A stretch of DNA of 64,000 nt from an uncultured beta proteobacterium. Its GTDB lineage: Bacteria; Pseudomonadota; Gammaproteobacteria; Burkholderiales; SG8-39. Positions within the stretch are counted from its first letter, which is position 1; every line of letters begins with the position of its first letter. Shown here piece by piece: positions 60,120 through 64,000 of the stretch. The position numbers were made by a program, and so were the translations under genes. The notes under the pieces were generated by a model that saw nothing but the letters and a program-made list of their open reading frames with translations, had not been told where the DNA came from and did no database searches. Location: assembly GCA_963811085.1 (NCBI GenBank), contig CAWEPV010000010.1:35399-99398 (forward strand), in the 5' to 3' direction.

Positions 60120-61450
60120 GACCCCGCTCGAAGGCCCAGCCGATGCGCAGCGCCGTCGCCTCGTCGTTGCCGCGGCAGGCGATCTGGAGCGAAGTCGGCA
60201 TCCCCGCCGCACCAGTGCCATTGGGCAGCGCGAGCGCGCACCACTCGATCAGGTTGAAAGGCCGGGTGAAACCGGCGGCGGTGCCCGACTGGTCGATCGC
60301 CGCGACCGGCGGCGCAACAGTCGCGGTAGTCGGCGTGAGCAGCGCGTCGACCTCGGCCAGCGCCGCGTTGAATTCGTGCTTGAGGCGGTCCTTTTCGCGC
60401 AGCGTCAGCAGGTAGTCCTTCGCGCTCATGCCGCGCCCCACCTGGATGCGCGGGCGCACGTCGTCGTCCACCGGAAGCGACAGTTCGTCCACCAGCTCGC
60501 CGACGAAAGAATAGCCCTCGGCGCCGATGATGCGCCCCACCACTGCGCCCATCTCGGCGAAGCCGCGCGGCAGCGGCAGGTCGACAATCGTCGCGCCGAG
60601 CCCCGCCAGCAGTTCGAGCGAGGCGTCGTAGGACGCGAGCACTTCGGGCTCGCAGCCCTTGCGCTCGGCGGCCGGCATGCGCGCCAGGCGCAGCCCGCGC
60701 ACGCCCGCCTTGAGCCGCGGCGATGCGTCGTCGCCCGACAGCACGTGGTACAGCAGCGCCACGTCCTCCACCGAGCGCGCCATCGGGCCCGGCGTGTCGA
60801 GCGTGGCGCTGAGCGGCAGCACGCCGTGGCAGCTGACGCGGCCGATGGTCGTCTTCAGGCCCGTGATCCCGCACCAGGACGAGGGAATGCGCACCGAGCC
60901 GCCGGTATCGGTGCCGATACCCCAGGGCGCCATTCCAGCGGCTACCGCCACCCCGGTGCCCGAACTGGAGCCGCCGGGCGCGCGGTGAGTCTCGGCATCC
61001 CATGGATTCCACGGCGTTCCCATGTGGCGGTTGGTGCCGAAGCTGCCCATGGCGAACTCGACCGAGTGCGTCTTGCCGAGCACGATCATGCCCGCCGCGA
61101 GCATGCGCCGCACCAGCGTCGCGGTCAGCGGCGAAACGCGCTTCTGCCACACCTTCGAGCCGCCGGTCGTGATGCGGCCCTCGATGTCGACGATGTCCTT
61201 CACCGCCACCGGGATGCCGTGCAGAGGCCCGACCGCGTGCCCGGCGCGCCGCGCGGCATCCGAGCGCGGCCGCCGCTGCCCGCGCATCGTCGGCGTAGAC
61301 GGCGACGAAGGCATGCAGCTTGCCGTCGTCGCGCGCGATGCGCCCGAGCAGGCCGTCGAGCAGCGCCGCCGAAGTCAGCTCGCCCGAAGCGAGCGCGTCG
61401 CGCAGGCGGTGAACCGGAAGCGAGCGGGGGTTGTCGTAAGGAGATGGCAT
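60106..61450 (-). pseudogene. Amidase signature family protein with a +1 frameshift near 61265 (possibly sequencing error)
   Basis: N-terminus MPSPYDNP...HAFVAVYADDARAAA in one frame; GPLHGIPVAVKD, GGSSSG, GTDTGGSVRIP in another. Confidence 0.8.
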
Positions 61451-61474
61451 GGGTTGCATATTACAATGTACCCG

Positions 61475-62128
61475 ATGGCTGACTGCTGCGGATCCGCCGC
61501 CTGTGACCTGCAGAGCGCTCACCAGCGCGCCACGCTGAAGATCGTCCTCGTTATCAACGCGGTCATGTTCGTGGTCGTTCTCGCCGCGGGGCTGCTCGCG
61601 GGCTCGACCGCGCTGCTGGCCGATTCGCTCGACAACTTCGGCGACGCGTTCACCTACGCGCTCAGCCTGTGGGCCGTTTCGCGCGGCGAGCGCGCCAAGG
61701 CCCGGGTGGCACTGTTCAAGGGCGTGCTGATCCTCAGCGCGGGGCTGTTCGTGCTGGCGCAAGTGGCTTACCGCGCCTTCGTTCCGTCGCTGCCGCTGTA
61801 CGAAGCGATGGGCGCCGTGAGCCTGCTCGCGCTCGCGGCCAACGGCACCTGCGTCTTGCTGCTGCAGCGGCACCGCGACGAGGACGTCAACATGAGCTCG
61901 GTGTGGGCATGCGCGCGCAACGACATCGCCTCCAACCTCGCGGTGTTCGTCGCCGCCGGCGGCGTATGGCTCACCGGCTCGGCCTGGCCCGACCTGACCG
62001 CGGGGCTAGCGCTCGCGGCGCTGCTGCTGTGGTCCGCGGTGCGCGTGGTGCAGGCTAGCGCAGGTTCGCTTCGAGAAACGCACGCGTCCGGCCGTTGGCA
62101 AGCTCGCGCATCGCAGGAACGTCGGTAG
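61475..62128 (+). CDS. Cation diffusion facilitator (Co/Zn/Cd efflux) membrane domain
   Basis: MADCC start, ALLADSLDN..D, DVNMSSVWACARND. Confidence 0.85.
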   Translation: MADCCGSAACDLQSAHQRATLKIVLVINAVMFVVVLAAGLLAGSTALLADSLDNFGDAFTYALSLWAVSRGERAKARVALFKGVLILSAGLFVLAQVAYRAFVPSLPLYEAMGAVSLLALAANGTCVLLLQRHRDEDVNMSSVWACARNDIASNLAVFVAAGGVWLTGSAWPDLTAGLALAALLLWSAVRVVQASAGSLRETHASGRWQARASQERR

Positions 62129-62756
62129 CCGCGCCTTCGCGCGCGAACGCGTGTCCGGTATCCGGGTAGACGTGCATGCGTGACGAGCGGGCTGGCGCCC
62201 AGCGCGTCCCGCAGCCGCGCGCGCACCGCCTCGGGCGTCCACGGATCGCTCTCGCCGATATGCATGAGCAGCGGCTTCGCTCAGCTTCGCCGCCTCGTCC
62301 AGGTGCGATCTCGATGCCGACGCCGTAGTAGCTGACGTTGCAGTCGGCACCGCCGCGCGTCCCGACCAGGTAGGCGAGCTTGCCGCCCAGGCAATAGCCG
62401 GCGGTGGCCACCCGTCCGCTGCACTCCTTGGCCGCGTGCAGCTGCTCGACCAGCCCGGCAATGTCGCGCACCGCAAGATCGACGTCCAGCCGGCCGCCGG
62501 TCTCGAGCGCCTGCTCGCGATGCCCGGGCGTTTCAGGATCGAGCACGATGCCCGGCTTCAGCCGCCAGTAGACATCCGGACACACCGCCATGAAGCCCTG
62601 CGCCGCCCAGTACTCGGTGATGCGCCGCATGAACCGGTTCACGCCGTAGACTTCCTGCAGCAGGACGAGCGCCGGAGCGGGAAGCTTGCCTGGCAGCGCG
62701 ACGAAGGCGCCGAAACGGCCGCCGCCATGGGCATCGAAATTCCTCTCTTCGGTCAT
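62055..62756 (-). pseudogene. Dienelactone hydrolase family protein with three single-base insertions (possibly sequencing errors)
   Basis: LQEVYGVN, GYCLGG; segments SHLDEAAKL and MHIGESDPWTP lie in other frames; returns to frame at HVYPDTGHAF. Confidence 0.8.
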
Positions 62757-62831
62757 CGTATCCTCCTTCGTTCGCAGTCTACCGGCGCCCGGGCGATAAT
62801 TGAGTGAAACGCCGAACAAGGGAGCAAGTGC

Positions 62832-63521
62832 ATGCGCTACGAACTCTACTACTGGCCGTCGATCCAGGGCCGCGGCGAGTTCGTCCGCCTCGCGCTCGAG
62901 GACGCGGGCGCCGACTACATCGACGTCGCCCGCCGGCCGCGCGGCATGGCGGCGATGATGCGGCTGATGGAAAGCACGGCGCAACCGCCGTTCGCGCCTC
63001 CCTTCCTGCGCGCCGGCACGCTGCTCATCGGTCAGAGCGCGAACATCCTGCTCTACCTCGGGTCCCGCCTCGGCCTGGCGCCGAAGAGCGAGCCCGGGCG
63101 GCTGTGGCTGCACCAGCTCCAGCTCACGATCGCGGACTGGGTGGTCGAGGCGCACGACGTGCATCATCCGATCGGCAGCGGCCTGTACTACGAGCAGCAG
63201 AAGCGCGAGGCGAAGCGCCGCGCGGAGGACTTCCGGATAAATCGGCTGCCGAAGTTCCTCGATTACTTCGGCGCACTCGCTGCGCAAAAGCGTCGTGCGC
63301 GGATCTCCTACGTCGATCTGTCGCTGTTTCAGATGATCGCGGGGCTGCGCTACGCTTTCCCGCGCGAGATGGCGAGGCTGGAGCGCCGCCGCGCCTGGGC
63401 CGCGGCGCTGCACGACCGTATCGCGGCGCGCCCTCGCCTCGCCGCCTACCTCGCCTCGCCGCGGCGCATCCCGTTCAACGAATCCGGGATATTCCGCCAC
63501 TACTCCGAGCTCGACCGATAG
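62832..63521 (+). CDS. Glutathione S-transferase
   Basis: LYYWPSIQGRGEFVRLALE, FAPP, QSANIL, SYVDL. Confidence 0.92.
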   Translation: MRYELYYWPSIQGRGEFVRLALEDAGADYIDVARRPRGMAAMMRLMESTAQPPFAPPFLRAGTLLIGQSANILLYLGSRLGLAPKSEPGRLWLHQLQLTIADWVVEAHDVHHPIGSGLYYEQQKREAKRRAEDFRINRLPKFLDYFGALAAQKRRARISYVDLSLFQMIAGLRYAFPREMARLERRRAWAAALHDRIAARPRLAAYLASPRRIPFNESGIFRHYSELDR

Positions 63522-63532
63522 ATAATCCGCGC

Positions 63533-64000
63533 ATGACGCAGACGAACGGTGGCGCGGCCGCGCCGGTGCGAGCCAGCGTCGTGGTGCTGGGCATGGCGGA
63601 TTTCGCGCACAGGCGCGCGGGGGAGCAGGCCACTCTGCGCGCCCAGCTCGAGGCGCTCACCGGCGTGGCGCTGCAGCCGCTCGCCCCCGCTCATCGAATC
63701 GTGCTCGATGCCGACGACGCGCTCGCGGTGGCGGTGCTGGAGGGTCCCATTGCGGCCATGGCGCTCGCCGAGCGAGCGCGCGCGGCGGCCGGAGAGCTGC
63801 CGCTGCGCGTCGGCGTCGACTACGGCCATCTGGCCGGCGTCGAGGACGCGGAGCGCGGCCCCTGCCTGGCGGGCGACGGCCTCGACAGCGCGCTCGCGCT
63901 CGCCGAGCAGGCTGACCCAGGCGCGATACTCGTCGCGTCCCGTTTTCGCGCGGCGCTCGAAGCCTCGACGGCGGCGGCCGGCGCGGCGCGGGCGCAGCGC
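63533..64000 (+). CDS. Degenerate class III nucleotidyl-cyclase-like domain protein, runs off window
   Basis: Open frame to the window end: ASVVVLGMADF...LRVGVDYG...LAGDGL..A..LAEQADPGAILVAS. Confidence 0.6.
   Translation, partial: MTQTNGGAAAPVRASVVVLGMADFAHRRAGEQATLRAQLEALTGVALQPLAPAHRIVLDADDALAVAVLEGPIAAMALAERARAAAGELPLRVGVDYGHLAGVEDAERGPCLAGDGLDSALALAEQADPGAILVASRFRAALEASTAAAGAARAQR

Noticed and set aside
62055-62128. 74-nt convergent overlap of CDF and hydrolase genes as antisense regulation
   Set aside because: Lies in an indel-prone region and is easily explained by stop-codon drift in GC-rich DNA

Overview
This is a high-GC, gene-dense bacterial chromosomal window, most consistent with a Betaproteobacterium (Burkholderiales-like) on gene content; that taxonomy is inferred. 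It holds about 75 CDSs: housekeeping genes (dusA, htpG, glnS, cls-like), many catabolic and transport genes, and several microproteins. I saw no rRNA, tRNA, CRISPR array, integrase or transposase. Four things stand out. (1) A five-gene cytochrome cluster (46.7-52.6 kb) carries 21 CxxCH motifs and two FNR-type boxes. It combines a CbcL-like nonaheme c/cytochrome b fusion, a c7-type triheme, two c4-type tetrahemes and a membrane monoheme. (2) A compositionally atypical island (28.8-31.15 kb) after htpG is punctuated by same-orientation hairpin repeats. It carries an orphan response regulator and several unannotated microproteins, including two decayed copies of a Cys-rich gene. (3) An uncharacterised ~90-aa domain occurs both fused to that receiver domain and as a standalone gene at 57 kb. 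(4) Three genes carry small indels, probably sequencing errors. All product calls come from motif recognition by eye; no searches were run.
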